A stretch of 64,000 nt of DNA from contig BCKZ01000013.1 in the NCBI GenBank assembly GCA_001600815.1, forward strand, positions 1 to 64,000. Direction: 5' to 3'. Within the stretch, counting starts at the first letter, position 1; each line of letters starts with the position of its first letter. The translations under genes and the position numbers were made by a program. The stretch comes from Alloascoidea hylecoeti. Its lineage: Eukaryota. Below the pieces are notes generated by a model. The model searched no databases, was not told where the DNA came from, and saw nothing but the letters and a program-made list of their open reading frames with translations. Shown piece after piece: positions 25,718 to 37,262 of this stretch.

Positions 25718-27520
25718 TTATAAAACAACATTCTTTGCCAATTTTTCTTTATATTTACCAATACTACCATTCCATCTAGTTGCTGTTTTATTTTCACAAA
25801 CATAAATATCTTTTGCAATTTTATCTAATAATCTAAAATCATGAGAAACAACAACAACACCACCAGAAAATTCATCAATTGCATTAGCTAAAGAATCAAT
25901 TGTTGGAATATCTAAACCATTTGTAGGTTCATCTAATAAAATCATATTTGGAGATTCTAATGCCAATAATGCAAATACAACTCTTGATCTTTGACCTTCT
26001 GATAATGTTGCCATTTGTGCAGTTTGTCCATCACCAGTTAAACCATATTTTCCCAATTGTTGACGCCAATATTGATAATCTTGTGAAACATGACTAAATT
26101 TATCTCTAACGAATTCTAATGGAGTTTTTGTTAAATCTAATTGATCTTGAGAATGTTGTGAATAAACACCCATTTTTAAATGAGTATGTCTTGAAACTCT
26201 ACCAGTTCTTGAAGTTAATTCACCAGTCATTAATTTTAATAAAGTTGATTTACCAACACCATTTGGACCGACTAATGCAATTCTTGAATCCATATCAACA
26301 CCAAAATTTAAATCTTCATATAAATCATCTTCTTTTTTACCACTATATGAAAAAGAAATATCATCAAATGATAAAACAGGTGGAGGTAATTTTTCAACAT
26401 CAGGAAATCTAAAAGAAAATACTCTATCTTCAACAACTTTTGGAATTAAACCATCAGCTTCCATTTTATCTAAAATTTTTTGTCTTGATTTTGCTTGTCT
26501 TACTAAATTTGCATAAGTACCAGCAGAAGCAATAAATTTTTTAATATGAGCAATTTCTTCTTGTTGTTTTGTATAAGATTTCATTTGATTTGTTTCTAAT
26601 TCAGATCTTGTTTTAACATATGAATCATAATTACCACCATAAGCATTTAATTTTTGTAATCTCATATCAAGCATATTTGTACAAACACCATTTAAAAAAT
26701 CTTGTGAATGAGATACTAAAACTAAAGTTCTATCCCATCTTTTTAAATATTCTTCTAACCAAACACATGCTTCTAAATCTAAATGAGCAGTTGGATCATC
26801 CAACAATAACAAAGTTGGTTTAACAAATAAAGCTTTTGCTAAAGCAACTCTCATTTTCCAACCACCAGACATATCTTTTGTCTTTTTTTTAATTGTAACA
26901 CCATTAAAACCTAAACCAGTTAAAATAACAGCAGCACGACTTTCAAAAGTAGCAGGATCCATTGAATCAATACGTTCATATAGATCATCTAAAATTGGAG
27001 ATTCAGGACCATCGTTAACAATAATTTCTTCAACTAAATCTTCCATTCTCTTTAATTCATTTTCAGCTTCTCTGACAACATAAGTTAAAGCACTATATTC
27101 ACTTGGTTCAGCAGGTTCATTTAATAAATAAATATCAATAGCTTCAGGTATTGGGAATTCTCTTTCAGCAATAGATTTTAATAATGTTGATTTCCCACAA
27201 CCATTAGCGCCTAATAAACCATATCTTCTACCATAATTTAATTCTAAAGTAGAATCTTGAATTAAAACTTTTCCATGAAATAAAAGAGAAACGGAAGAAA
27301 GTTTGATATCTCTTGAAGTTTCTAAGGATGATAAAACTCCAGTTGTTACTCTATCGGATAATCCATGTTCATCTTTTTGTAGTTTTAATTTTTCAATTTC
27401 TGCTGCTGCTTCATCAACAGGGGAATCTGCTCTTGAATTAACCTTAGACCCTCTTTTAGAACCTTTGGCTTCCTTTTTAGCCAATCGTTTTGCTTTAGAA
27501 GCTGATATTTTACTTGACAT
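25718..27520 (-). CDS. ARB1: ABC-F ATPase (ribosome biogenesis)
   Basis: Two ABC cassettes (GANGCGKST/MSGGW/LLLLDDPT; GPNGVGKST/LSEGQ/ILLDEPT), no transmembrane domain, and GLSDRVTTGVLSSLETSRDIK. Confidence 0.96.
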   Translation of the reverse strand: MSSKISASKAKRLAKKEAKGSKRGSKVNSRADSPVDEAAAEIEKLKLQKDEHGLSDRVTTGVLSSLETSRDIKLSSVSLLFHGKVLIQDSTLELNYGRRYGLLGANGCGKSTLLKSIAEREFPIPEAIDIYLLNEPAEPSEYSALTYVVREAENELKRMEDLVEEIIVNDGPESPILDDLYERIDSMDPATFESRAAVILTGLGFNGVTIKKKTKDMSGGWKMRVALAKALFVKPTLLLLDDPTAHLDLEACVWLEEYLKRWDRTLVLVSHSQDFLNGVCTNMLDMRLQKLNAYGGNYDSYVKTRSELETNQMKSYTKQQEEIAHIKKFIASAGTYANLVRQAKSRQKILDKMEADGLIPKVVEDRVFSFRFPDVEKLPPPVLSFDDISFSYSGKKEDDLYEDLNFGVDMDSRIALVGPNGVGKSTLLKLMTGELTSRTGRVSRHTHLKMGVYSQHSQDQLDLTKTPLEFVRDKFSHVSQDYQYWRQQLGKYGLTGDGQTAQMATLSEGQRSRVVFALLALESPNMILLDEPTNGLDIPTIDSLANAIDEFSGGVVVVSHDFRLLDKIAKDIYVCENKTATRWNGSIGKYKEKLAKNVVL

Positions 27521-28727
27521 TTCTTTATAATTAACTTGAAATAAAGAAGCTTGAAGAAATAAAAAGGTAAACGGTTTTGATGTGCAGTAAGAAAAGATTC
27601 ACATACAAATTTTTTTTTTTAATTTTTATTTTTTGAATCTTTATTTGACGTGTCCACAGAACAGTTATGGCGGAAGTGCTGTGGGTGTTTGTGTAGTTAT
27701 GCGTGTTTGGCAAAAGAAAAGAGAAAAAATTAGAAAATCAAAGAAAACCATTCAAATTTGACTTTTTTCCAAATGCACCCAGACAACCATTCCTCTTCCC
27801 GCCAATCGTTCCAATCGCTGGCATATGGGAAGTACCAAAAGTACGCCGGTCCTTCGTTCCAATGTTCCCCTTCTCCAGAGTGTCTTCCAAAACCTGTCTT
27901 TTCACATTCCTCTCCCCAGCTCCACCCTCAGAATACTCATTTCGGAACTCCTTTCGTCCCACTTAAACATAAATCTAATAATACCAGAAAAACAAGTGAG
28001 GACAATATCAAAATCGAACACGATCTCCGAAGAATCCTCAGAATATCATGAAATTCTCGTTAACCTTTCATATTTGCATCCTTTGTATTGTTCCTAAATG
28101 TAGTGATGGTGACGTCGACATTTTCTATTCTTCTTTTTTTATTGTTGAGTTAATGATTCCATACAAAATTAAATGCTGTCTCCTACAATTAATGTCACGC
28201 TACATTACAGTATCATTATCACGATCATAAGTCTTCATCTTTTATCTTACATTTTTAGCATAAAAATCATGTCATTATTCATATTTATTTTTATTTTTGT
28301 TTTTATTTGTTTAATTACATATATTGGTTATACTTTTTTGTATGTTAGTGGCGTTTAGCTCTTGGGGTCTCAATTCAACTTTTTTTTGATTTCCTTGATA
28401 TTTGGAAACAAGTCTCAGCTGTAAAATTGTATTGTATGTAAGTCTTATAATCGGTATGTTAATAAGAACATTTTAATGTGGAGTATTACTTTGTATTCCT
28501 TACAAAACATAATATATAAACTGAAACATAATAATCTTAGCTATAGAGTATAGGATATATAACAAAATTAATGAAACTCCATTTATATAACAAATATAAT
28601 CCTGTCCATTATAATTTAAATAGATTAATAACCTAACTCATTATCAAAACGCCACAGCATTCTTGACATAATCTTGACATATCGATATCCATTTCACAAT
28701 ATTGCAACAACAAAATTAAAATTTTAT

Positions 28728-29501
28728 TTATAATTCAAAATTCTTCTTAATAAGCCTTGATAATTGTTCAAATTTAACCTGTTCAGAACCAATAACAGGT
28801 TTAACTTCATTATTTTTATTAATTGGAATTTTAATTGTTTTTCCATCATTTGAAAAATCCCATTTTAAATTTAATTTTATAAAATTTTTAAATTTTAAAC
28901 CATTTTCTTCATTAATATTAATATTAATCCATTTTGAAAAAATGTTAGAATTAATTTCTAAACTTGATAATTCAATCGATTTTGATATATTTAAACGAAT
29001 ATCATCTTCAAAATTATTAATATTTTTAAAAATTTTATTACCATTTTTTTTTGAAATTTTTAAATATTCAATCCAAAATTTTGAAAATTGTGAACCATCT
29101 AATAATTGAAATAATTTAAAAATTTGTTGGACATTATAACTAAAATCATCTCCACTTTCTTCATTGTTTTCATCAATTTCATTAACAATAATATAAGGAG
29201 GTAATAAATGTAAATATAATGAAAAATCACTATATAAATAGTTAATTAATCCTTTAATTAAAATTGATATAATAAAATCTTCTCTTTCTTTTAAAATTAA
29301 TGAATCTTCTGAATTTAATTCATATAATTTTAATAATGCTAAATTTGATTGAATATCATTAAATTGTTTTAAACACTGTTCAATTAAATAATCTTCTAAA
29401 TCTTTTATAACTGTTCCATCATATCTTTTTAATGTTGTTAAAATTTCATCAATATTATCTGGTCTTTCAGATGGTTTGGTAACAAGTGTATTTAGTGACA
29501 T
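28728..29501 (-). CDS. Translation initiation factor eIF3 subunit K (PCI domain)
   Basis: RPDNIDEIL..LKRYD...LEDYLIEQC....DIQSNLALLKLY and C-terminal IPINKNNE....SEQVKFEQLSRLI match fungal eIF3k. Confidence 0.85.
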   Translation of the reverse strand: MSLNTLVTKPSERPDNIDEILTTLKRYDGTVIKDLEDYLIEQCLKQFNDIQSNLALLKLYELNSEDSLILKEREDFIISILIKGLINYLYSDFSLYLHLLPPYIIVNEIDENNEESGDDFSYNVQQIFKLFQLLDGSQFSKFWIEYLKISKKNGNKIFKNINNFEDDIRLNISKSIELSSLEINSNIFSKWINININEENGLKFKNFIKLNLKWDFSNDGKTIKIPINKNNEVKPVIGSEQVKFEQLSRLIKKNFEL

Positions 29502-29695
29502 GATGGTGTTTTATTGATTAACCAATGCTAACCAGAAAAAAATTCAATTGATTTGTTGTAGAACTTGTGGTGGTTGGTCTGATGTGTGTCTAATTTTTCA
29601 CCGTGAACAAATTTGAAATCTTGATTCCCGTAAGTATTGCATTACATGTTACGGTAGCATATACAAATCAAAATTAAAACATATGCATAAAATAT

Positions 29696-31291
29696 CTAAC
29701 TAGTTATACTCTCAACACGTACAGAATTTACATTATTAACAGTTTTATCCAATTGCATCTCTTGTATCTCTTGATCACTATTTTCAAAATCACCTTCCAA
29801 TAAATTTAAATCTGTAATTTTTTCTTTAATTTTCTCTGTAATTTTTTCTAATTCTTCAAATTTAAAACAATTATTCCCAGTTTGAAAATAAAGTGTCATA
29901 ACAGGTTCATCATCATTATAATTAGTTGTTATAACATCAATTAAAACAGAAGCAATTCCATAAGTACAATAAAATGAAAAACTCATTCTTTTAATATTAA
30001 ATTTTGAATTTTTATTATATATAAATTTTTCAAAACCTAAATTTGATATTGATAATGATGCTAATAAATTTGAAATTGATAATGAATTTGTTAATTTAAA
30101 AGGATTATTAAAAATTGGAGAATATAATATTGATGCTAAAGTATTGTTAAAAACTTTATTTGTTGATATTTCTTGTTTTAATTGTTTGGAATTATTTCTA
30201 ACTTTATCCCAAAATGATTGATGTTTTGTTAATTTTTTATCATAATAAAATTCAACTAAATTTGTGAAAAATCCAATAATTGAATTTGATTCAATTTTAT
30301 CTTTATTTATATATTTTCTTGTGTCAATTGGTACTTGGTGCATTAAAATATCTTTATTTAAAAAATTACTTATAACTTCAATACTAGCAATATTTAAAAA
30401 TGCAGTAACTGTTGTTTTATTTTTTTTACATGCTTTTATAATATTTTTTGTTTCAATTCCATTAAGATTAACAAATATACTTTTAACTGGTCCAAGTTCT
30501 AATACATCTGGAAGAGTTCCATTATATTTTGATTGTTTTTCCACTGATAATGGTGGTGGGAAAGTAATATATTTCATATGTCTTGGTTTTAAAAAATTTG
30601 GAAGTATTGGTAATGAAGCTAATTTAATTAAAAATGATGTTGACAATTTATAATGTAAATAAAGATCTGAATTATTAATTTGTTGTATATCTTTAGGTAT
30701 ATCTTTTTTACCAATTTTTGTAGTATCATCATCTTTAAAAGGAATATTTTCAAATTTTCGAAGTTTATTAAATAAATTTCTTTGAAAAATTGATCCTGAT
30801 TCTCCATCTTGTAAACCATGTGAATAAATAAAACAAATTTCAATTTCATTTAAAATAATTAATTTCCACAATACTTTATCAGATTTACCAAAATTTAAAT
30901 CAAATGGACTTTTATATAAAAAATCTGTAATAAGGGATGAACTAAATGGACTTTGAACATCATCAGTTTGGGAATTTTTAACATTTTGAAATTCAACAAC
31001 ATCATTTAAATTAATTTCATCGATGTATTTCCAATATACATCTTTTGCAATACCTTTAAAATCACCGGCATTGAAAAGATTAACAAGTAGCCATGGTTCA
31101 TCAAGTAAAACACTCCTGAGTGCTCGAACTACCTCTTGTTTATTCAATGGTTTGTCATATCTAGCACTAACCATCACACCTCCAGAAAGGTGTCTATGCT
31201 CTAAAACAGTGAAGTACCATTCTCCAGGATTTAATGATCTGATAATATCGGATTTATCTTGGGGCTTGTCTGTTGTAGTTGCAAGTGACAT
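29696..31291 (-). CDS. Alcohol/N-acetyltransferase (Atf1/Atf2/Sli1 family)
   Basis: Catalytic HxxxDG (HGLQDG), WKLIIL, CKKNKTTVTAFL, PIDTR and SISNLG motifs. Confidence 0.85.
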   Translation of the reverse strand: MSLATTTDKPQDKSDIIRSLNPGEWYFTVLEHRHLSGGVMVSARYDKPLNKQEVVRALRSVLLDEPWLLVNLFNAGDFKGIAKDVYWKYIDEINLNDVVEFQNVKNSQTDDVQSPFSSSLITDFLYKSPFDLNFGKSDKVLWKLIILNEIEICFIYSHGLQDGESGSIFQRNLFNKLRKFENIPFKDDDTTKIGKKDIPKDIQQINNSDLYLHYKLSTSFLIKLASLPILPNFLKPRHMKYITFPPPLSVEKQSKYNGTLPDVLELGPVKSIFVNLNGIETKNIIKACKKNKTTVTAFLNIASIEVISNFLNKDILMHQVPIDTRKYINKDKIESNSIIGFFTNLVEFYYDKKLTKHQSFWDKVRNNSKQLKQEISTNKVFNNTLASILYSPIFNNPFKLTNSLSISNLLASLSISNLGFEKFIYNKNSKFNIKRMSFSFYCTYGIASVLIDVITTNYNDDEPVMTLYFQTGNNCFKFEELEKITEKIKEKITDLNLLEGDFENSDQEIQEMQLDKTVNNVNSVRVESITS

Positions 31292-34024
31292 TACTTTGAT
31301 AAATTTCAGTTCTTTTAAATCAAAACCTCTTCAAGTCCGCGTTTGAGTTATAATTATAGGAATTTAAATTCTTATAGATTACAACAGTTTTAATCTTGGT
31401 TTAAATACATAAACCCATAGTCTTTTAATTATAATATCTCAAACTTTAGTTTTAAAAGTTGTATTAAATACCTACATGAATTACCCAGATTTAATAAATA
31501 TTCTCCTTCTTCTAAAATTGAATACCATATATTTATCGATATCGTCCCACTCACCGATTGAAAATCAATTTGAGATCCCCAAGATACTCATTCCTTCGAT
31601 ATTCACATCACGAGCTTAATGCAATCAACCTATCAAAATTTAATGCATTAATATTCTTTTCCAAATTGTCCTAAATGTTTAGTTAATTATTGTGGAACAT
31701 AGATAGATGCATGTCGTAAACTTCTAATGTTTAGTTACAATTAAAGGACTTTGCGCCGTTGAAATAAATGTTGATTGCAATTGTCAAATTTTACTTTTCC
31801 CTTACACCATATATGCGCATAACAGGACGCATCCGTTTGGCTAGCGCTACAATTGATTATACATACCAGAGTTATTAACTATAGTCTTTGTTAATAATGA
31901 TACATGGTTATTCCACTTACACAATTCGGCCCTATGATGAATAAATATTCTGTAATGTTTATTATTACCTAGTTTAAAAGGTGTTCGAAATTAAGTTGTA
32001 CGGTCGATATCGATTGTAATATCAATTCCGGAAATGAAGCTTTACATAGAAGAACGACATAACATGATCAAATCATTTATACTGTTCGATTACCGATCTT
32101 GAGTAAAATTAAGGCGTTACAATCTTAATATAGTAATTGTAATTTATAACCATTTATAGATCAAGTTAAAACTTAATAAGCTATATTATATTATCTCTAT
32201 AAGTCGATAAGTAAGAAGTATAGAATCAAGAGCTCTAACCTGCTTTATAGTAAATATAATATCGCGGAGTAATTCCCTAAACTAATTATAACCTGCAACA
32301 GTAACTTGAAATGAATAACTATCATCGTGTGTGTATGAGATTAATAACAATACATCGAATATCAATGTCAAGTACACTAAAATTCTATCTTTTCTTAACT
32401 AGCATCAACGACAACCAACTGTAAAAAAAAATTCATTATAATTAGAAAATTCAGGAAATTCATAAATTCTTGTAAGATTCACACAAAACGGTAAAGAAAA
32501 AAATAAAAATAGCACTATTCATTTATGACCCCTATATCTGACTTTTGAAAACATTTCTATAATATTGTTTAGATTCAGTTTCTCTCGCATTGATAGTGAA
32601 GCATGTCCCCATTATGATATTTATTCTTATACCGTATATATATAATAAATATATTCATGTCTTAACAGGTAAAGAGCCCACAGCTGCATCTGTCATATGA
32701 GACAGCTGAACCCGAGAGAAAGCATATAGCTTTATGTATAACACAACTTACGGGATTTAACATTTTGGTCTTTACAAGAGTTTATATTATTACAGTGAGC
32801 TACCATTCCCAGAAAGTCGTGATATTGAAACTTTTTGAGATTTTCTTCATTTTTGAGTTATTGATTATTGTGTTTTCTATCATTTAGATATTCTTGTTAG
32901 AATTTCTATTTTCCTTCTGTTATTTTTATTGTTGAGAAAGTTATCCACTTATTCCCAAAACGTTATATGCTTTGGTAGAAAGTTCCAGGATAGGAGCACT
33001 AGATAAAGTAGAATCTTAGCATGTCATTCTTTTGATAAACAGTTAGTCACTTTGCTAGAAAAGAAGAAGAAGAATCATTTGATTGATTAAACTTGTTTGA
33101 TTGGCTTTTACAGCCAACTTAAGTGAGAGATAAAAAAAGATTATTGCTTAATTCGGTTACCACTTATTAAGTGTTAAGTTATCAATAATTTCTTTCTTTA
33201 TCTAGGAGTTACTAGAGTGTGTTTATTTCACATTTTATTTTACAACTATATTTACATAGTAGTTTCGACAGTCCTTAAGCTTATAAGCTTCATATACTAC
33301 ATTTTTGCTAAATGGAAATTTCTTGTTATTTAATATAAACCAATCATTAAATGAATAAAATATATGTTATAGTCTACATATAGACTATGTTGTAACTATT
33401 ATATGTGATGGTGTCGAAAGATCACACTGTTACTTTATATCTTCTAGATAAATATGGTACTTAATTTCGATACAAATTAATACAGAATATTACAGCTATG
33501 CATGCATATATGATCAAGAAAAATTATCAGGAAATCTAAATGGAAGAATATTTAAAATTTTCGCGACCAAATCCCATTAATCCACCACTAGCGCTGATAA
33601 TCAAATAATACAAAACACATGTAAACAATAAAGATATTTATTTATCTCTCTTAGACTATTAATAGACTGTAATTACAAAGTATTTATTGTCAATTTATTT
33701 ACAAGTGAATAGGTGTAAAAGAGTAAAGTTCCAATTTAATGGAAAATAGAATTAAAATTAGTGAGTAAATAAAATATGTAAACAAAAATGAATCATCGGT
33801 TCAGGAAATTAGTTAGAGATTCTCTGTAAATAAGAGTAATAAAAATATAAAAGTGAGTTAAATATAAAAAGAAACAGATGAAAATAAAACGATAAAGTAA
33901 AAAAGGCAGAATGCATGCCAGTCAACCAACCATCAAAAAAACCACATTATTATTATTCATTATTATTGTTCATTTAATATTGATTGCTTTTAGCAATTTC
34001 TTCCTTCGCTGGGGGGGATTTATC

Positions 34025-35020
34025 TTATAATTCGCTTGCTAACATATGTTTCCTTTCTGGAATTGAAGAAGTTACTGTTGCTGCATCATCTTTCTTCTCA
34101 ACTTTATCGTGATTCAAAAACCTGCTAAAGACAATGCTGATTCTCTTCTTAGGTTTGTCTGCTTCTTCTTCTTTCTTGGCATCCTTTGCAGCTGTCTTCT
34201 TTTTCTTTTCTTCTTCAGATGAAGTCCTTGGTAAAAGGGACTTGAAGTTAAATTTAGCTTGACGGTTGTTTGTTGAAGTTGTTGGAGCTTCCTTCTGTGC
34301 GTCAGTTTCCTCTTTGGATTCTTCTGTTTCATCAAGATGTGTGACCGCATCGCTATTACTAGTAGAATTGGCTGTAGTTGTGGTGTGGTCGTTATTCAAC
34401 ACACTAACTCTCTTATTGGATTTATCAACTTTTTGTTCTTTCTTGGCATCCTTTTCAGCTCTCTTTTTTGTTTTTTCTTCTTCGGATGAAGTCTTTGGTA
34501 AAAGAGACTTCAAGTAAAATTTAGAAGAATTACGGTTTGAAGTTGTTGCACCTTCGTTTTGTGTGTCAGTTACTTCTTTAGCTGCTTCTGTTTCATCAAG
34601 AGGTGTGGCCGCATCGCTATCACTAGTAGAAGTAGTTGTAGTTGTGGCGTCGTCGTTATTCAACCCACTCTTCTTGGGTTTATTAGCTTTTTCTTCCTTC
34701 TTGGCATCCTTTTCGGCTTTCTTTTGTGTCTTTTCTTCTTCAGATAAATTCGTTAGTAAAAAAGACTTCAGGTTAAATAGAGTATGACGACGGTTTTTTG
34801 GAGTTGTTGCACCGTCCTTCTGTACCTCAGTTTCTTCTTTAGATGCTTCTGGTTCAACAAGAGTGGCATCATTGCTACCACTAGTAGTGGTATCATTGTC
34901 ATCAGCCGTGTTATGGTTGATTGTATGCAATTCAGTAACCTTGGCAGGTTCATTGATATTGACTTCGGGTGAACAATTTGTTGATTCAAGACTAAGAATA
35001 GTATTATCAAGAGTAGACAT
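34025..35020 (-). CDS. Charged low-complexity protein with three ~87-aa internal repeats (331 aa); paralog of the neighbouring gene
   Basis: Likely ATG at 35020 (MSTLDN). The module KEETD.Q.E..TT.....F.LKSLLP.TSSEEEK.KK.AEKDAKKE occurs three times. Confidence 0.8.
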   Translation of the reverse strand: MSTLDNTILSLESTNCSPEVNINEPAKVTELHTINHNTADDNDTTTSGSNDATLVEPEASKEETEVQKDGATTPKNRRHTLFNLKSFLLTNLSEEEKTQKKAEKDAKKEEKANKPKKSGLNNDDATTTTTSTSDSDAATPLDETEAAKEVTDTQNEGATTSNRNSSKFYLKSLLPKTSSEEEKTKKRAEKDAKKEQKVDKSNKRVSVLNNDHTTTTANSTSNSDAVTHLDETEESKEETDAQKEAPTTSTNNRQAKFNFKSLLPRTSSEEEKKKKTAAKDAKKEEEADKPKKRISIVFSRFLNHDKVEKKDDAATVTSSIPERKHMLASEL

Positions 35021-35708
35021 TTTAGTAAAATAAATATTTGGAACAAATGTGAATATACGGATGAAAAGAAAAATAAGAAGAAGAAAAGCAACTGGACCTT
35101 TATAATACAAAATTTTACAACTACAAATTTTATATATTTATTTAGAAGGTGCAACATAACAAAGCTAACTAACCATGCAAAACGTAATCAGCCGCGTATA
35201 ATATGCACAATACAATTTGTATCTAACTTTAAATAAAAAACTTTAAATATTTACGCATGAAAAGTTATAGTTTTACTCAACGCTCCAAAATGTATTAGAT
35301 GATTCTAAATTTATTTATTGCAACTTCAATTACAAATTTAAAAATAACTAAACGATCATATCATATATCAATGATCTGAATACTATTTATCGCCAAGTAA
35401 ATATATAAATATAAACTAATTAGGGCCAAAAAAACATAACGCTCCAATGTATTTTAAAAATATTGTAGAATTAAGATAACAAATAATGAACAAAAATTAA
35501 TTGGATGTGGGATAGATAGTAGTAGTGATTCTAAGAAGAGAAAATTAATTAAGAATGTGTATGTAGGATTAATAAAGGGTAAGGTAAACAATTAAGCAGA
35601 GGTCCAACAGCACAAAAATCAAAGTATAACTAAACGGATGAAAAGAAGAAAACTAAAAACAAGCAGAATGTATCAATCATCAAAAGAAACAATATCGTTT
35701 TGATTCAT

Positions 35709-37262
35709 CTACTTTTTCTCAGCGGTAGTACCTTCTGTCACTGGAGCAGCTTCTACTGTCTTTGGTTCTTCTTTTGCAACTTCAGGAACAACTGGTTCAA
35801 CTTCCTTCTTTTCTTCAGCCTCAACTGGAGCAGCTTCCTTTTTTGGTTCAACATCAGCTACAATAGCTTCTTCTGTTTTAGGAGCAGCTTCAACTTCTGG
35901 TTCAGAAACAGGTTTCAATTCTTCCTTTGGCTTTTCTTCCTTGGTGTGGTCAAGAACTTTATCTGGAGAAAAATGAAGAGATCGTCGTCGAATATTTTCA
36001 ATGAAAGACTTTCTGAATGATCTACCTCGCTTGACAGCAGCTTCAGCTTTTGGTTTAGGTTCTTCAACCTTGGTTTCTTCAACTGGTTCAGGTGCAGCTT
36101 CGACTGGTGTAGCTTCAACTTCAGCTGGTGTTTCAACTTCCTTTTCAACTGGTGCTTCAACTGGTTCTTCAGTCTTAGCTACTTCTGGAACTGTTTCTTC
36201 CTCCTTCTTTGGTTCTTCAACTGCAGCTGGTTTATCTTTCTTATGCAAAAAGTTAAAGTTAGAAAATATACTGAATCTCTTCTTGTGTTTTTTATCTTCA
36301 CTTGATGATGTGCTTTCCTTTTCGAGCTTCTCAGTTTTTTCTTCCTTCTTTTCAGCATCTTCAGCAACTGGTTCAACAGCTTTATCTTCAGCAACTGGTT
36401 CAACAGCAGCTTCCTCTGCTTTCTTTGTAGCAGTTTCTGGGTTTTCTAATTCACTAACAAGAGCAATGCTATTTAAAACATCATTTTCGAAACTTTCACC
36501 TTCTTTACCTTTACCCTTTTCTTCTTCAGCTTCTGGTAAGCTTGGTGAAATAGCCTTTTCAGCATCTTCCTCAACAGGTTTCTCATCCTTTGCGATTGGT
36601 TCTGGCTTTTCTTCGGCTTCTTCAGAAGCAACAGCAGCAGCGGCAGCGGCAGCAGCGGCTTTTTCTTCCTTTTCAGCTTTCTCTTTAGCTAATTTTTCAG
36701 CTTTTTCTTCCTTCTCAGCTTTCTCTTTAGCTAATCTTTCAGCCTTTTCTTTTTCTAATTTTTCAGCTTTTTCTTTTCTTTCTTTTTCTCTTTTCTCCTT
36801 TTCTAATTTCTTGTGTTCTTCTTTCTCCTTCTTCTTGGCATCCTTTTCAGCCTTCTTTTTTGCCTTTTCTTCCTCAGTCAAGGTCTTAATTGGTAAAAGA
36901 GACTTTAAGTTAGGTAGAGAAGGTAAATGACGTTTTGTTGGAGTTGTAACACCTTCCTTAGGTTCTTCAGTTTCCTCTTTTGTAACTTCTTGTGCAGCAA
37001 CAGGCGTTTCAGCAGATGCATCAGCAGCATCAGTAGTTGTAGCTTCTTCTTTTACAGGAGTTTCGGCAGCTGCAGTTTCGACAGCTGCAGGTGTTTCTGT
37101 GACTGGAGTGGCTGGAAGATCATCCTTGGCTTCAGTGGCGGCTGGAACAGGGGTTTCAGGTTTTGGAGCTTCAACCTCAGCAGCGGGAGCACTGACAGGG
37201 GAAGCAATAGTTGCAGGTTCAACGATTGGGAGGGGTGTTACTGTTTCAGTAGCAGTAGACAT
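35709..37262 (-). CDS. Glu/Lys/Ala/Pro-rich disordered protein (517 aa)
   Basis: Likely ATG at 37262 (MSTATET). Strong codon bias, one copy of the shared module, and an EKAEKLAK coiled-coil-like stretch. Confidence 0.85.
   Translation of the reverse strand: MSTATETVTPLPIVEPATIASPVSAPAAEVEAPKPETPVPAATEAKDDLPATPVTETPAAVETAAAETPVKEEATTTDAADASAETPVAAQEVTKEETEEPKEGVTTPTKRHLPSLPNLKSLLPIKTLTEEEKAKKKAEKDAKKKEKEEHKKLEKEKREKERKEKAEKLEKEKAERLAKEKAEKEEKAEKLAKEKAEKEEKAAAAAAAAAVASEEAEEKPEPIAKDEKPVEEDAEKAISPSLPEAEEEKGKGKEGESFENDVLNSIALVSELENPETATKKAEEAAVEPVAEDKAVEPVAEDAEKKEEKTEKLEKESTSSSEDKKHKKRFSIFSNFNFLHKKDKPAAVEEPKKEEETVPEVAKTEEPVEAPVEKEVETPAEVEATPVEAAPEPVEETKVEEPKPKAEAAVKRGRSFRKSFIENIRRRSLHFSPDKVLDHTKEEKPKEELKPVSEPEVEAAPKTEEAIVADVEPKKEAAPVEAEEKKEVEPVVPEVAKEEPKTVEAAPVTEGTTAEKK

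Noticed and set aside
27703..28100. GC-richer patch with several overlapping short ORFs upstream of ARB1
   Set aside because: No coding bias or recognisable RNA family; most simply promoter DNA (Rap1-like CACCCA motifs).
36001..36930. 309-aa Ser/Ala/Phe-rich plus-strand ORF
   Set aside because: Antisense shadow of the codon-biased Glu/Lys/Ala gene.
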